From: a virus
Length of the DNA stretch: 64,000 nucleotides
Virus record (IMG/VR): IMGVR_UViG_2558860386_000003
Strand: one strand, 5' to 3'
The translations under genes and the position numbers were made by a program. Below are positions 9,470 through 18,082 of this stretch, in pieces. The notes under the pieces were generated by a model. It did not search any database, was not told the DNA's origin, and was given only the letters and a program-made list of their open reading frames with translations. Numbering within the stretch: position 1 is the first letter of the stretch; every line of letters begins with the position of its first letter.

Positions 9470-11172
9470 TTTATTCTCCCTTCATTCTGTAGTTGTGTCA
9501 TTACCTCAATGGCTGCATTATAATCGCTCATACCAGCTGCAACCAGCTCGTTAATCTTTTTGTCGTAATACCAACCAGTAACGCCAATGCCTACTTGCTC
9601 ATAATAATATACATCGCCGTTGTGTAAGGCAACAACTCCGCCAGCGTACCCATATGCTGTTTGTGCTGAAAAGTCACTGCCTGTAGGCGGAATATTTGTC
9701 GGATGGTTATGTGCAGATATAAGTGTGCCAGGCGCACTACTGTTGATAGCTTCTAATATCTCGTCCGTATATACCGTTTCGTTTGCCTTGGATATGCTAT
9801 TGCTATAAGCTTCGATTTTACCTGTTTTCTTGGATACAAGCACTAAATCCTCGCTGTTTGTACCTGACCTATGAATAACCATAGCCTTACATTCCTTGGC
9901 TATCATCTCATTAACTTTCTTACTCTCAGTCAATCCATTAAAACGTTTGAGATACTTTGGACTATTAATACGCGTAAAGTCTGCTTTAGCTGCCTTGTTA
10001 GCGTTTTTCTTGTTTGTAATACCACGCTCAACAGCCTTGCTTATCACACCTTGCTGTCTGCTCTTTGGCAACGTCTTAAAAGCTCGCAGATCCTGATAAC
10101 CTTGACTGCGCATCTCCTGACGCATGGCATCTGTAAGTTTTTTCTTGCTCATACCAGATGCTTTAACACGCTTCTGCACGCTTGGCAGCTTTAAGAACTT
10201 CTCTAAGCTTCTGCCGCTTGCAGATTCTGGTTGTTGCTCTCTTACTCCTGCTTTCCACTCTGCGTAGCTCAGAGAGCCTACTGTGGCTTCTGAGCGGTCT
10301 TTCATAGTGTTGTGCCCTGGAATGTAGGCAACAAGCGTGCACCTACAGTTGTAAACTTCACCTACTGGTGCTTGAGGGTCACCCGGAAACCTACAGCCAT
10401 TATCAAACACTGCGTCAGGCTTTACATGCTGCCCGTCAAGCACTCTATGGCTGTCGCGTGTACGGCCATCAAGAGAAGCCATCCACTGCTTTTCACAGTT
10501 GATGCCCATGTCATTGGCAGCCACATAGCTATCAACACGAGCACGGTTCTCTGTTCCTGTGATAGCTGTTCTTGCTATACGGATAGCAGAGCGTGCATTC
10601 ATGTCAGCAACGCCACGCAAGCGCTTCGCCATATCTGGTATTGATTCACCCGTTAAAAATGACTGTGTAAGAGCGCTTCTCACATGAGACGCGTTCCAGC
10701 TCATATCTTTAGGGATATTAACTTTAGGAGCTGGTAGGAGCTGTTTATCCTCGTCTAAGAGATTAGCTACGGTGCCTTCATCGTACAGAGCAAATGTAGG
10801 TGTTATCTTGCCTTGGTGTGCCTGGTAGCTACCAAAATTGTAGTTCTCAGTATAGACGGCAGGCAAAGCGCCGCGTATATGCTCTGTGGCTCTTTGGTCT
10901 GCGGCTACAAGGTCACGTGCTAGAAGCTCTACCAGCCCTTGCGTTTGTCCAAGGTCAGCGCACCGTGCATTTTTCCATGCCTTAAACTCTTTTTCGGTGC
11001 ATTTACCAGCCTTGAGGTCTTTTTGCCATTGAAAAAGCTCACGCTCATATGCTGCAAGCTTTTTCTCTAAACGCTTGGCCATATCCTCATGAGCGGCCTT
11101 AAACTCTTTAGCCATAAGACGCGCAAGATGTGTTATCTCTTTGTCTGCTGCTTCATGTACAACATCTGACAT
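9454..11172 (-). CDS. Minor head protein (MuF/SPP1 gp7-like) with C-terminal JAB/MPN domain
   Basis: RTRDSH..LDG and FPGDP...EVYNCRC MuF motifs; C-terminal E...HNHP...PTGSD. Confidence 0.85.
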   Translation of the reverse strand: MSDVVHEAADKEITHLARLMAKEFKAAHEDMAKRLEKKLAAYERELFQWQKDLKAGKCTEKEFKAWKNARCADLGQTQGLVELLARDLVAADQRATEHIRGALPAVYTENYNFGSYQAHQGKITPTFALYDEGTVANLLDEDKQLLPAPKVNIPKDMSWNASHVRSALTQSFLTGESIPDMAKRLRGVADMNARSAIRIARTAITGTENRARVDSYVAANDMGINCEKQWMASLDGRTRDSHRVLDGQHVKPDAVFDNGCRFPGDPQAPVGEVYNCRCTLVAYIPGHNTMKDRSEATVGSLSYAEWKAGVREQQPESASGRSLEKFLKLPSVQKRVKASGMSKKKLTDAMRQEMRSQGYQDLRAFKTLPKSRQQGVISKAVERGITNKKNANKAAKADFTRINSPKYLKRFNGLTESKKVNEMIAKECKAMVIHRSGTNSEDLVLVSKKTGKIEAYSNSISKANETVYTDEILEAINSSAPGTLISAHNHPTNIPPTGSDFSAQTAYGYAGGVVALHNGDVYYYEQVGIGVTGWYYDKKINELVAAGMSDYNAAIEVMTQLQNEGRIKWMKL

Positions 11173-11175
11173 GGA

Positions 11176-11328
11176 TTACACCTCACCACGAATAATTGCA
11201 CGAGCTTCTTCTGGTGTAATGCCAATAGATGTACTAATAACCTTCACTGCCTGGTTTTCGCTTAACTCACCTGTGCGAACAGCAGCCATAACACCTACAA
11301 GTGATGTGGTTTGTGCGCCGTTTAGCAT
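11176..11328 (-). CDS. 50-aa LNGAQ-motif protein, absent from ORF track
   Basis: MLNGAQTTSLVGVMAAVRTGELSENQAVKVISTSIGITPEEARAIIRGEV; TAATG overlap with portal stop. Confidence 0.65.
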   Translation of the reverse strand: MLNGAQTTSLVGVMAAVRTGELSENQAVKVISTSIGITPEEARAIIRGEV

Positions 11329-12719
11329 TACTCGCTCTGCCCCCCCTCAGCAGCATTTAGCAAGCTATCAATACGTGCTGCATCACCCGCATCTACCGTA
11401 TCCAGGATGGTCTGTGCTTCATCCGCTGTGAGGTTAGGGAGCTTGGCTAGGATAGTTTTACGGTCAAGCCACTGTGCTTCTGTAGCTATCATCTGCACCT
11501 GTTCCAGCTGGTTAGAGACACGCTGGCGCTTAAAGATGGGTGTATCTTCAATGCCAATAAGTGACAGAAGGCGCTGCAGGGCACCTGCAATTTGAAACTC
11601 AAAATCACTGGCGTTTTCGTCTACTGGCTGATAAGCAGCTTCAATCTCGGTAGCAGTTTTGCTCGTGGCAGAAAGCGCAGTTACATCCAGCCCGCCAAAG
11701 TCGCGATAAATACGACGCTCTATACCTTCGAGATAAGCCTGACGTGCTTGGTAGGGTACTTCTTGCTGGTAAGGCGTTACTTTGCCGCCCTGGTCGGTAT
11801 CGGCAGGAGCAATGTGTAGCACCTTCAAGCGGTCACGAAAACGTGCTAGGTCAGCATCGCTCATACCACCGCAGTTTTCAACAATCCAGTAAATTTGTGA
11901 CACGTCTGTAAGGTCATTGGCAAAGCCCGACTGGATGAGGTCGTAAGAATCAATGGCTTGCTGCATACCTATCAACGTTGACTGGTGAAGACGGCTCCCC
12001 CACATTGGGACAATAGGCAGCTCGCCGTCCCAATTATCCTCACCTACAATCTCAGATGTTCCGTCAGGGTAGCGAGACACCGTCAGCAAATATGCCGTCT
12101 GCTCTTTGGTTTGTACAAGCTTTTTGCCCCTGCTGCCTGCCTTTTTTGCGTACACGTACTCGCTATAGCCATCAGGCGTATAAAGCGTAATTGACATGGG
12201 GCGTGTACTATCGATTTGCCAAAAGCGAATACCGCCCATGAGAGCACCTGTAAGCTCGTCCCAAAATGGCACAAACTCGGTTATCTCAAATGTGTAGAGT
12301 TTTGAGCCTGACCAGTAGCCAAACGCAACACCATGAATAAGTGCGGCATATGCCCATTTGCGCAAATCGTTATCAAACGATTGTCCTAGCTGGTCTTTTG
12401 TGTTTTCTTCAGTAAAGCTCACTCCAGCACCTAAGCTGTAGCTCAGGCGCTGCACATTGAGACGGTTGAAGAAGTTAGAAGCAATCTTGGAATTAGATGC
12501 TGTGTAATCTGCAACAGGAGCGCCTGTGAGTGTAAAAATTGTCTTTACGTACTCGTTAATGGTGGTGTTGCGCTGCTTATCGTATTTATCAGCTTTAAGA
12601 GCCGTTGTATACAGCTCACTTGCTTTGTGTGTACTAATTGCCGATAGCAAAAACTTTTCTGTTCCGCTACGTGCTTGTGATGCTAAAAAGTCCTGCCATG
12701 TAGTCATCCGTGTTGCCAT
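11328..12719 (-). CDS. Portal protein (SPP1 gp6-like)
   Basis: Position after TerL; IDSYD...S.FANDL and TATEI.AAY motifs. Confidence 0.85.
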   Translation of the reverse strand: MATRMTTWQDFLASQARSGTEKFLLSAISTHKASELYTTALKADKYDKQRNTTINEYVKTIFTLTGAPVADYTASNSKIASNFFNRLNVQRLSYSLGAGVSFTEENTKDQLGQSFDNDLRKWAYAALIHGVAFGYWSGSKLYTFEITEFVPFWDELTGALMGGIRFWQIDSTRPMSITLYTPDGYSEYVYAKKAGSRGKKLVQTKEQTAYLLTVSRYPDGTSEIVGEDNWDGELPIVPMWGSRLHQSTLIGMQQAIDSYDLIQSGFANDLTDVSQIYWIVENCGGMSDADLARFRDRLKVLHIAPADTDQGGKVTPYQQEVPYQARQAYLEGIERRIYRDFGGLDVTALSATSKTATEIEAAYQPVDENASDFEFQIAGALQRLLSLIGIEDTPIFKRQRVSNQLEQVQMIATEAQWLDRKTILAKLPNLTADEAQTILDTVDAGDAARIDSLLNAAEGGQSE

Positions 12720-12729
12720 AATCTTCCAA

Positions 12730-13983
12730 TCATCCAAATATGCTTGTATATTTTTCTTGCTTAACATCAAGTGCTCTTGCTATGCGCATTGTTGCCACGA
12801 AATAACGCAGTGCGTCGCATGCGTGATCGTCAACTTTAAGAGGGCGTTCTACATCAGACGGCGCATCATCCCAAACATAACCGCCCAGCTCTTGTGTAAG
12901 GTTTTGACAAGCATGCTTATCGATGCGCACAAGTCCTGCTTGTAGACATGCAGCAGTCTCACGAATGCCATCCATCACATCGTTTCTTGCATGACGGATG
13001 CGAAAGCGTCCACGACGGCGTAGCTCGGCCATAAAAGACGTTGCAGACGGGTCAACGATAATTTCTACCTCAGGAAAAGAAACATCCGCCACAAGGGCTA
13101 ACATTGCGTCTGCGTAATCTGGGTCGGTCATTTGGTGGCCTTGTGTGCGCCCAGAGTAGTAAAACTCTTTAATTGCATGCCACACAGTGCCGTCAAACGC
13201 CCATAGAAGCGCTGCAAAGGCGTTTTGAGTGCCGTAATCGACAGATACGACCCAACGCTTAATTGAATTCATATCAAGGCTTACAGAGCCTTCTAGCGCG
13301 TCCTCATAAAGCGGGTATATCAAACCTTCGGCCTTAACCCACTTGCCTTTGATGTAACGGTCGTAAAATACGCCTGAATACATACGCTCGTAGCGTTCAA
13401 TAGTCTGCTGAGACAAGCTCGGGTTATCGGTCATCAAGAAATGTAAGTGCAGCGCATTACGATCATATGCGCCATCTATCCATTCACGTTTAAACCAGTG
13501 TGTGGGACTATCAGGATTGCAGTTAAACCACAGCTTAGAGCCTTCAACCGAACAACGTGCTAAAGCTTGGTTGACGAAACTCTGTGGCATAAGTGCTACT
13601 TCGTCCATGAGCACGCCTGCAAGAGTGCGGCCTTGGATAAGCATGTAACTTGCTTCGTCTTTGCCGCCGAACACTTCAAACCAATTAGTTGTATTGCCGC
13701 GGCGCACCTCTAGCACTTTGTCTTGGCCATGCCAGCGCAAGACATAGCCTTTGTGTGCTGGATAGGTCATAACGGTATAAGGCACAATGATATTTTTCTT
13801 GGCACTATCTATCGTTTTTCCGCAGATGCCAAACCGCTGCCCTGAGAACTTACGCATGGCCCAATCGATGAATGCAACTGTCATAAGCGAGGTTTTACCA
13901 CTGCGAACTGCGCCATCGCATACCAGCGCATCATAGCGTGTATAGGGAAACGCAAGTATTGATTCTTGCTTGTCACTTAGCAT
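12730..13983 (-). CDS. terL: Terminase large subunit (PBSX family)
   Basis: DGAVRSGKT Walker A, MDEV Walker B, DDHACDALRY nuclease motif. Confidence 0.95.
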   Translation of the reverse strand: MLSDKQESILAFPYTRYDALVCDGAVRSGKTSLMTVAFIDWAMRKFSGQRFGICGKTIDSAKKNIIVPYTVMTYPAHKGYVLRWHGQDKVLEVRRGNTTNWFEVFGGKDEASYMLIQGRTLAGVLMDEVALMPQSFVNQALARCSVEGSKLWFNCNPDSPTHWFKREWIDGAYDRNALHLHFLMTDNPSLSQQTIERYERMYSGVFYDRYIKGKWVKAEGLIYPLYEDALEGSVSLDMNSIKRWVVSVDYGTQNAFAALLWAFDGTVWHAIKEFYYSGRTQGHQMTDPDYADAMLALVADVSFPEVEIIVDPSATSFMAELRRRGRFRIRHARNDVMDGIRETAACLQAGLVRIDKHACQNLTQELGGYVWDDAPSDVERPLKVDDHACDALRYFVATMRIARALDVKQEKYTSIFG

Positions 13984-14434
13984 GCTTATCCAGCTCCTTT
14001 GCTCGCTCGATAAGACTTGCACTAAGTGCATCGTCGTTTATCTGCTCTGCCTGAGCAGGCATATCAGGCGGATTGTCGCGATACCCCGCTCGGTTTTTAA
14101 GAAAAAAGATTTGAGCAGAAACAGAAGGTGGAAGCTTGCGTTTTTTGGTGATAGTGCTGCCGTCTGGATTTGTGGTCGTAGTTTCCTCGTAAACATCACC
14201 TATGGCACTTTTGAACAGGTAGTTTTCGATGGTTTCAACAGATAGCATCTTGCCAGTTTTTATTGCAGCAGCTATAGGCTCAAACTTGCCAATCCATACG
14301 GTAAGTGATTGGCGAGACACTCCCATATTGTTAGCCATCTCGGCCATAGTGCACCCATGAGCTGCCCAATTGGACAGCTTCTCTAGGTTTTCTGGCTCAA
14401 GCCATTCTTGGTATTTTGCGCGGCGCTGTTTCAT
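13973..14434 (-). CDS. terS: Terminase small subunit
   Basis: N-terminal HTH, AQIFFLKNR motif, upstream of TerL. Confidence 0.8.
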   Translation of the reverse strand: MKQRRAKYQEWLEPENLEKLSNWAAHGCTMAEMANNMGVSRQSLTVWIGKFEPIAAAIKTGKMLSVETIENYLFKSAIGDVYEETTTTNPDGSTITKKRKLPPSVSAQIFFLKNRAGYRDNPPDMPAQAEQINDDALSASLIERAKELDKHAK

Positions 14435-14440
14435 AGCTGT

Positions 14441-14460
14441 ATTGTCGTGGCTATGTCACG
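14441..14460 (-). promoter_or_regulatory. Phage 1 late-promoter-like box CGTGACA-N7-GACAAT, probably leaderless terS mRNA
   Basis: ATG is 6 nt after the hexamer; no SD visible. Confidence 0.6.
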
Positions 14461-14505
14461 TAGCAAAATTAGGCTAATTAGCTGCTAAGACTTTGGATGG
14501 CTAAT

Positions 14506-14530
14506 AAAAAAGGGGGCTTGCGCCCCCTTC
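14506..14530 (-). terminator. Rho-independent terminator ending the early/middle operon
   Basis: GGGGGC/GCCCCC stem followed by T-tract on the minus strand. Confidence 0.75.
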
Positions 14531-14551
14531 TTATATTCATTTCGTTCAAGT

Positions 14552-14764
14552 TTAACCTACAATGTTTTTACCATTGGCAGAAAAGCCCATAACCTTAAGA
14601 GCGGCATTAGTATCAATACGCCAAGTCTTGCCAAACTTAACGGCAGGAATAGCGCCATCGCGGCATAGGCGCATAACATAACCCCTACTAAGCCCTAGCA
14701 TTGCTGCAAAATCGCTTGTGTTTGCGAACATTGGCGCTTTATCATCCGTGTTGTAGCGTTCCAT
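14552..14764 (-). CDS. HTH_17 / excisionase-like DNA-binding protein
   Basis: AAMLGLS...G.IPAVKFGKTWRI. Confidence 0.8.
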   Translation of the reverse strand: MERYNTDDKAPMFANTSDFAAMLGLSRGYVMRLCRDGAIPAVKFGKTWRIDTNAALKVMGFSANGKNIVG

Positions 14765-14844
14765 ATATCCTCCCTAGATACAATGAAGTTCATTTCATAC
14801 TTTGCTTTTAAGTCGTAAAGTTTGACTAATCGATTTTGCTTGTG

Positions 14845-15276
14845 TTATTGCCATCTTTCAAAAACCACTATCGCACTCGGAAATGGGGCCGCGTTTTTAC
14901 TGTTGCTAAAGTGCAAGCGCCCGCAAATAAACCTGATATCTGATGCGTTAGAAAATATGTAATCATGCCAGTAAGCTGTGTCTGTACGTGCTGGAATGAG
15001 CATGACCACAACCCCTCCCACTGCTTCAGAAGCCTTTTTAACCCACTTAGCAATCTGCCTGCCGTATGGTGGATTACACCATACGCGTTCGTTGTCCCAG
15101 CACTGAGACAGGCCATCTTCTTCAATCGTCCAGTGTTTGTCTACAAGTGCATTTTCGTGTGTACTTGCTGCATCTACCGTAAACTTAAATTCACGATTAA
15201 GCTCGTCAAATAGATACTTAGGGGTTGTCCATTCGTTACTTGTGCTTGATCGTAAGCCACTAGTAAAGGCAGTCAT
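14845..15276 (-). CDS. Phage N6-adenine DNA methyltransferase (Dam-like, orphan)
   Basis: EWTTP, WCNPPY, IPARTDT motifs. Confidence 0.9.
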   Translation of the reverse strand: MTAFTSGLRSSTSNEWTTPKYLFDELNREFKFTVDAASTHENALVDKHWTIEEDGLSQCWDNERVWCNPPYGRQIAKWVKKASEAVGGVVVMLIPARTDTAYWHDYIFSNASDIRFICGRLHFSNSKNAAPFPSAIVVFERWQ

Positions 15277-15489
15277 CTACTCCACCTCATAAGGCTCTGG
15301 TAGCGGCACCCAAGCAACGACAGGATATCCAACTGACATGCCACCGGTGTATTGCCAGCCACAATCACAATCGTAAAATGCGATGTGGCCAGGAACGCCC
15401 ATAGCCATAATGCTATTGTTAACGGCGATCGTAATTAGCACTGGAGCATCGTCTTTAGGAAGCTTCTCACTTACTGGTATCCATTCCAT
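15277..15489 (-). CDS. DUF551-like protein
   Basis: WIPVSEKLP...VVAWVPLPEPY. Confidence 0.75.
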   Translation of the reverse strand: MEWIPVSEKLPKDDAPVLITIAVNNSIMAMGVPGHIAFYDCDCGWQYTGGMSVGYPVVAWVPLPEPYEVE

Positions 15490-15832
15490 TTTTATCTCCT
15501 TTTACAATACGTGCACCACAGCTGGGGCAGTAATTAAACGGCTTGTCACCGTTGTTGTGCATCCAGGAATCGATGGCGTCACCCCAGTCATCGGTGAGGT
15601 CGCATCCGCAGGCGCTGCAAGTGAACTCGCAGTCGTACTCGCGGCCCACGTCCGTCCAATGGCTCGTGTCGGTGAAGACAATCCGGCACGTCCGCTCTTC
15701 TTCAGCTGCACGTACTTTTTCACAGTATGCGACCGCTTCATCGCGCTCGTCCTCTGCCTGAAATAAGCACCTGAGAAGATACTCTTCGGCTGTTTGAGCA
15801 TCCCTACAGTATCGGTTGCTTAACATCGTCAA
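15467..15832 (-). CDS. Zn-ribbon hypothetical protein
   Basis: CSACG...YCPSCGARI. Confidence 0.65.
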   Translation of the reverse strand: MTMLSNRYCRDAQTAEEYLLRCLFQAEDERDEAVAYCEKVRAAEEERTCRIVFTDTSHWTDVGREYDCEFTCSACGCDLTDDWGDAIDSWMHNNGDKPFNYCPSCGARIVKGDKNGMDTSK

Positions 15833-15835
15833 TCC

Positions 15836-16153
15836 TTACTCGTGGGTTTTATATTTTTTGTTCCGGCTTTCATCGCGGTATAACTCGGATATATGCCCCA
15901 TAAGCTGGTGTTTTGTAACTTGCAGCTCTCCTGAAAGTGTGTCTAAGATACGCAAGATAGTTTCGTCATCTTGCTTGCTCCATAGCTTATAGGTACGTGT
16001 CCGAAAGCCGTACACTCTTGCCTGTTGTGCTATGGCGTTACAGCTGCGTTTTGGTAACAGGTCATTCCAGGCTCTATGCGTGGAACCATAACCCTGCTCA
16101 AAGCCATACTTAAGAGCTTTGATCTCTTTGGTGGTCCAAGGCTTGTACGTCAT
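15836..16153 (-). CDS. Hypothetical protein with Myb-like W-T/S-x-x-E/D repeats
   Basis: PWTTKE and WSKQDD. Confidence 0.5.
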   Translation of the reverse strand: MTYKPWTTKEIKALKYGFEQGYGSTHRAWNDLLPKRSCNAIAQQARVYGFRTRTYKLWSKQDDETILRILDTLSGELQVTKHQLMGHISELYRDESRNKKYKTHE

Positions 16154-16377
16154 TTGTATTCGCCTTCTTCACAGCTCCAAAACACACGTACAAGCTCGGT
16201 ATCTTGCATATCACCATTACACGCATCGCACAGACACACTCCAAACGTAGGGGCGATAAAATCTGGATTGATAAAAAAATACTTGCAGTTTTTGCACATA
16301 ACTGTAGGTGCTTGTTGGTTCCATGGTGCAGATGGGTCTGCGTCGTAAGTAGTTGGTGGGTAGTTATTACTCATCAT
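16150..16377 (-). CDS. Cys-rich hypothetical protein
   Basis: DPSAPWN, CKNCKY. Confidence 0.5.
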   Translation of the reverse strand: MMSNNYPPTTYDADPSAPWNQQAPTVMCKNCKYFFINPDFIAPTFGVCLCDACNGDMQDTELVRVFWSCEEGEYK

Positions 16378-16759
16378 GGTTTTTCCTGCTTCTCCTTTTT
16401 CGGATACGTGTTTCAAGCTTCGTTTCTGCTAGGCGCTGTTTTTCCTCTTCGAGATAACACCCTTTGCAAAGCCACAGACGCTTTGCAGATGGGCTTTCGA
16501 CCCACACGGGACGTTCATTGCATTTACAGCACACAAGGCGTCTGGTTGGCTTATAACGCCCTTTACGCTCTCTCATGCGCTGGATACCTTTAGGGGTGTG
16601 TCTTGGCAAATAGCTATCGTGTAGCTCTTTTGCTGTCATGTCTGGATGGTCAAACAAAATTGATATTTCTTTAGACGTCCAACCTTTCCATATTTGTGGA
16701 GGTTTTATGTCTTGGGGAGGATGGGGCAAATGCCCCAAGTTTGGTTTTCGATTTGCCAA
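16367..16759 (-). CDS. Myb-like HTH + C4 zinc-finger protein, candidate late regulator
   Basis: WTSKE...CCKC...LCKGCY; homologous to 42309..42689. Confidence 0.65.
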   Translation of the reverse strand: MANRKPNLGHLPHPPQDIKPPQIWKGWTSKEISILFDHPDMTAKELHDSYLPRHTPKGIQRMRERKGRYKPTRRLVCCKCNERPVWVESPSAKRLWLCKGCYLEEEKQRLAETKLETRIRKRRSRKNHDE

Positions 16760-16774
16760 TGTTCACCATCCATT

Positions 16775-16965
16775 CGCAAGTTTTCGACAAAGATTTTTAG
16801 TCGCGAAAAGTTTTCAACAAAGAGAAAGAACCAAAGAGAAAGACTTACTTGTTAGTTAACCTTTCAAGAAGAAAGGTTTTACGTTTTACGTGAGACGTAA
16901 AACCTTTCTTTACTTTCTTTACTTTCTTTACTTGTTTAGGGGTTCTAAAACCCAGGGTTTTTGTA
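16775..16965. repeat. AT-rich repeats and inverted repeats, putative phage 1 replication origin
   Basis: IR 16871-16884/16895-16908; CTTTACTTT x~3; AAGTTTTCRACAAAGA x2. Confidence 0.5.
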
Positions 16966-16995
16966 ACGGTTTTGATGAATGCCAACCGTAGGTTT

Positions 16996-17415
16996 TTACT
17001 CATCATTTGACTTCTTCTTAGGTCGTCCACCCAACAGTCCAGCGGCTCTCTGCTTCCCAATTGTCTGGGCGTTGGCGTTCATCCTGTCGCTGACAATTTC
17101 GCCATTGCCTAAAGCTTCAGAACTGATAAGACCCACATCGGCTAAAAGCTTTATGAACTCAATAAGTTTCTGCTCGTCATCAAACATGAGCTGTTTAGCC
17201 AAAATGAAAAAGTCTTCTTCAGTAGAAAACGGTACCTTGTGCCCTGTGTACATTGCCATAAGCTCGCATACACGCCACCAGCGCCCATACGCCTCAAACC
17301 CACCACGAACAAGCAGCCGTTGACACTTAATGTCTTCGGCTGCGTTGTTATCGTGGCTAAAGTACGGTAAAGGCTTTGCAGCTTCGGCATTGACCTGTTG
17401 CTGTGTTACTGGCAT
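16996..17415 (-). CDS. Replication initiator N-terminal domain (DUF4373/Lin1244-like)
   Basis: YFSHD..A..D.K...L....G...YG.WW; ends GGRPKK. Confidence 0.7.
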   Translation of the reverse strand: MPVTQQQVNAEAAKPLPYFSHDNNAAEDIKCQRLLVRGGFEAYGRWWRVCELMAMYTGHKVPFSTEEDFFILAKQLMFDDEQKLIEFIKLLADVGLISSEALGNGEIVSDRMNANAQTIGKQRAAGLLGGRPKKKSNDE

Positions 17416-17675
17416 GGCTTGTCAACCTCAGCTCCGCAAGCGGCATATCCAGCTATATCAACCCAGTTGTCGCGGTGCCATGATGCCTTATTACGTGCCA
17501 CTTTAAGCAGTACCATCATGTTGGCTACATCACGAGCACAGACAGCTGTATCAAGATACATCGCCCAAAAAACGGCTATATCTGCAAAACAGTCTTCCAC
17601 GTCACCATATTGGTCTTGGCGCTCCCCGCATACGGTGTTGATAGCGTCTTGCAAAAGTTTTTCACGCTCGCTCAT
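17406..17675 (-). CDS. DUF6378-like phage protein
   Basis: R...YG...F..IA.FW...LLKVAR...DNWVDIAGYA. Confidence 0.75.
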   Translation of the reverse strand: MSEREKLLQDAINTVCGERQDQYGDVEDCFADIAVFWAMYLDTAVCARDVANMMVLLKVARNKASWHRDNWVDIAGYAACGAEVDKPCQ

Positions 17676-17683
17676 AGTCCCTC

Positions 17684-18073
17684 CTAAAATGGAATGTCAT
17701 CATCAATAACTTGTGAAGGCACAGACACAGTAGGTGATTTAGCTTTGGATGTACTCAGAAACTCAATGTCGTTTACGATGACATCAAGCTTTGAGCGCTT
17801 CTGCCCGTCGCGCTCCCATGAGCTGTAATGCAACCGCCCTGCAATTGCTACTTTGGTGCCTTTGACAAGCCACTGGCACAACGATTCAGCACGAGAGCCA
17901 AATAGAGCGCAGTCAACGAAATTGGGACGGTCTTCCCACTCGCCCGTTTGTGAGTTCTTTACACGATCATTGATGGCAATACCAAAACTAAGAATTGGTG
18001 AGCCTGTAGTCGTGTATTTCACTTCCGCATCACGGGTGAGGTTCCCCGAGATATTTACGCAGTTAATGCTCAT
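17684..18073 (-). CDS. ssb: Single-stranded DNA-binding protein
   Basis: GNLTRD motif, DDDIPF C-terminus. Confidence 0.95.
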   Translation of the reverse strand: MSINCVNISGNLTRDAEVKYTTTGSPILSFGIAINDRVKNSQTGEWEDRPNFVDCALFGSRAESLCQWLVKGTKVAIAGRLHYSSWERDGQKRSKLDVIVNDIEFLSTSKAKSPTVSVPSQVIDDDIPF

Positions 18074-18082
18074 GAACTCTCC

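Noticed and set aside
14845..15276. Restriction-modification system
   Set aside because: Orphan phage Dam-type methylase with no adjacent endonuclease
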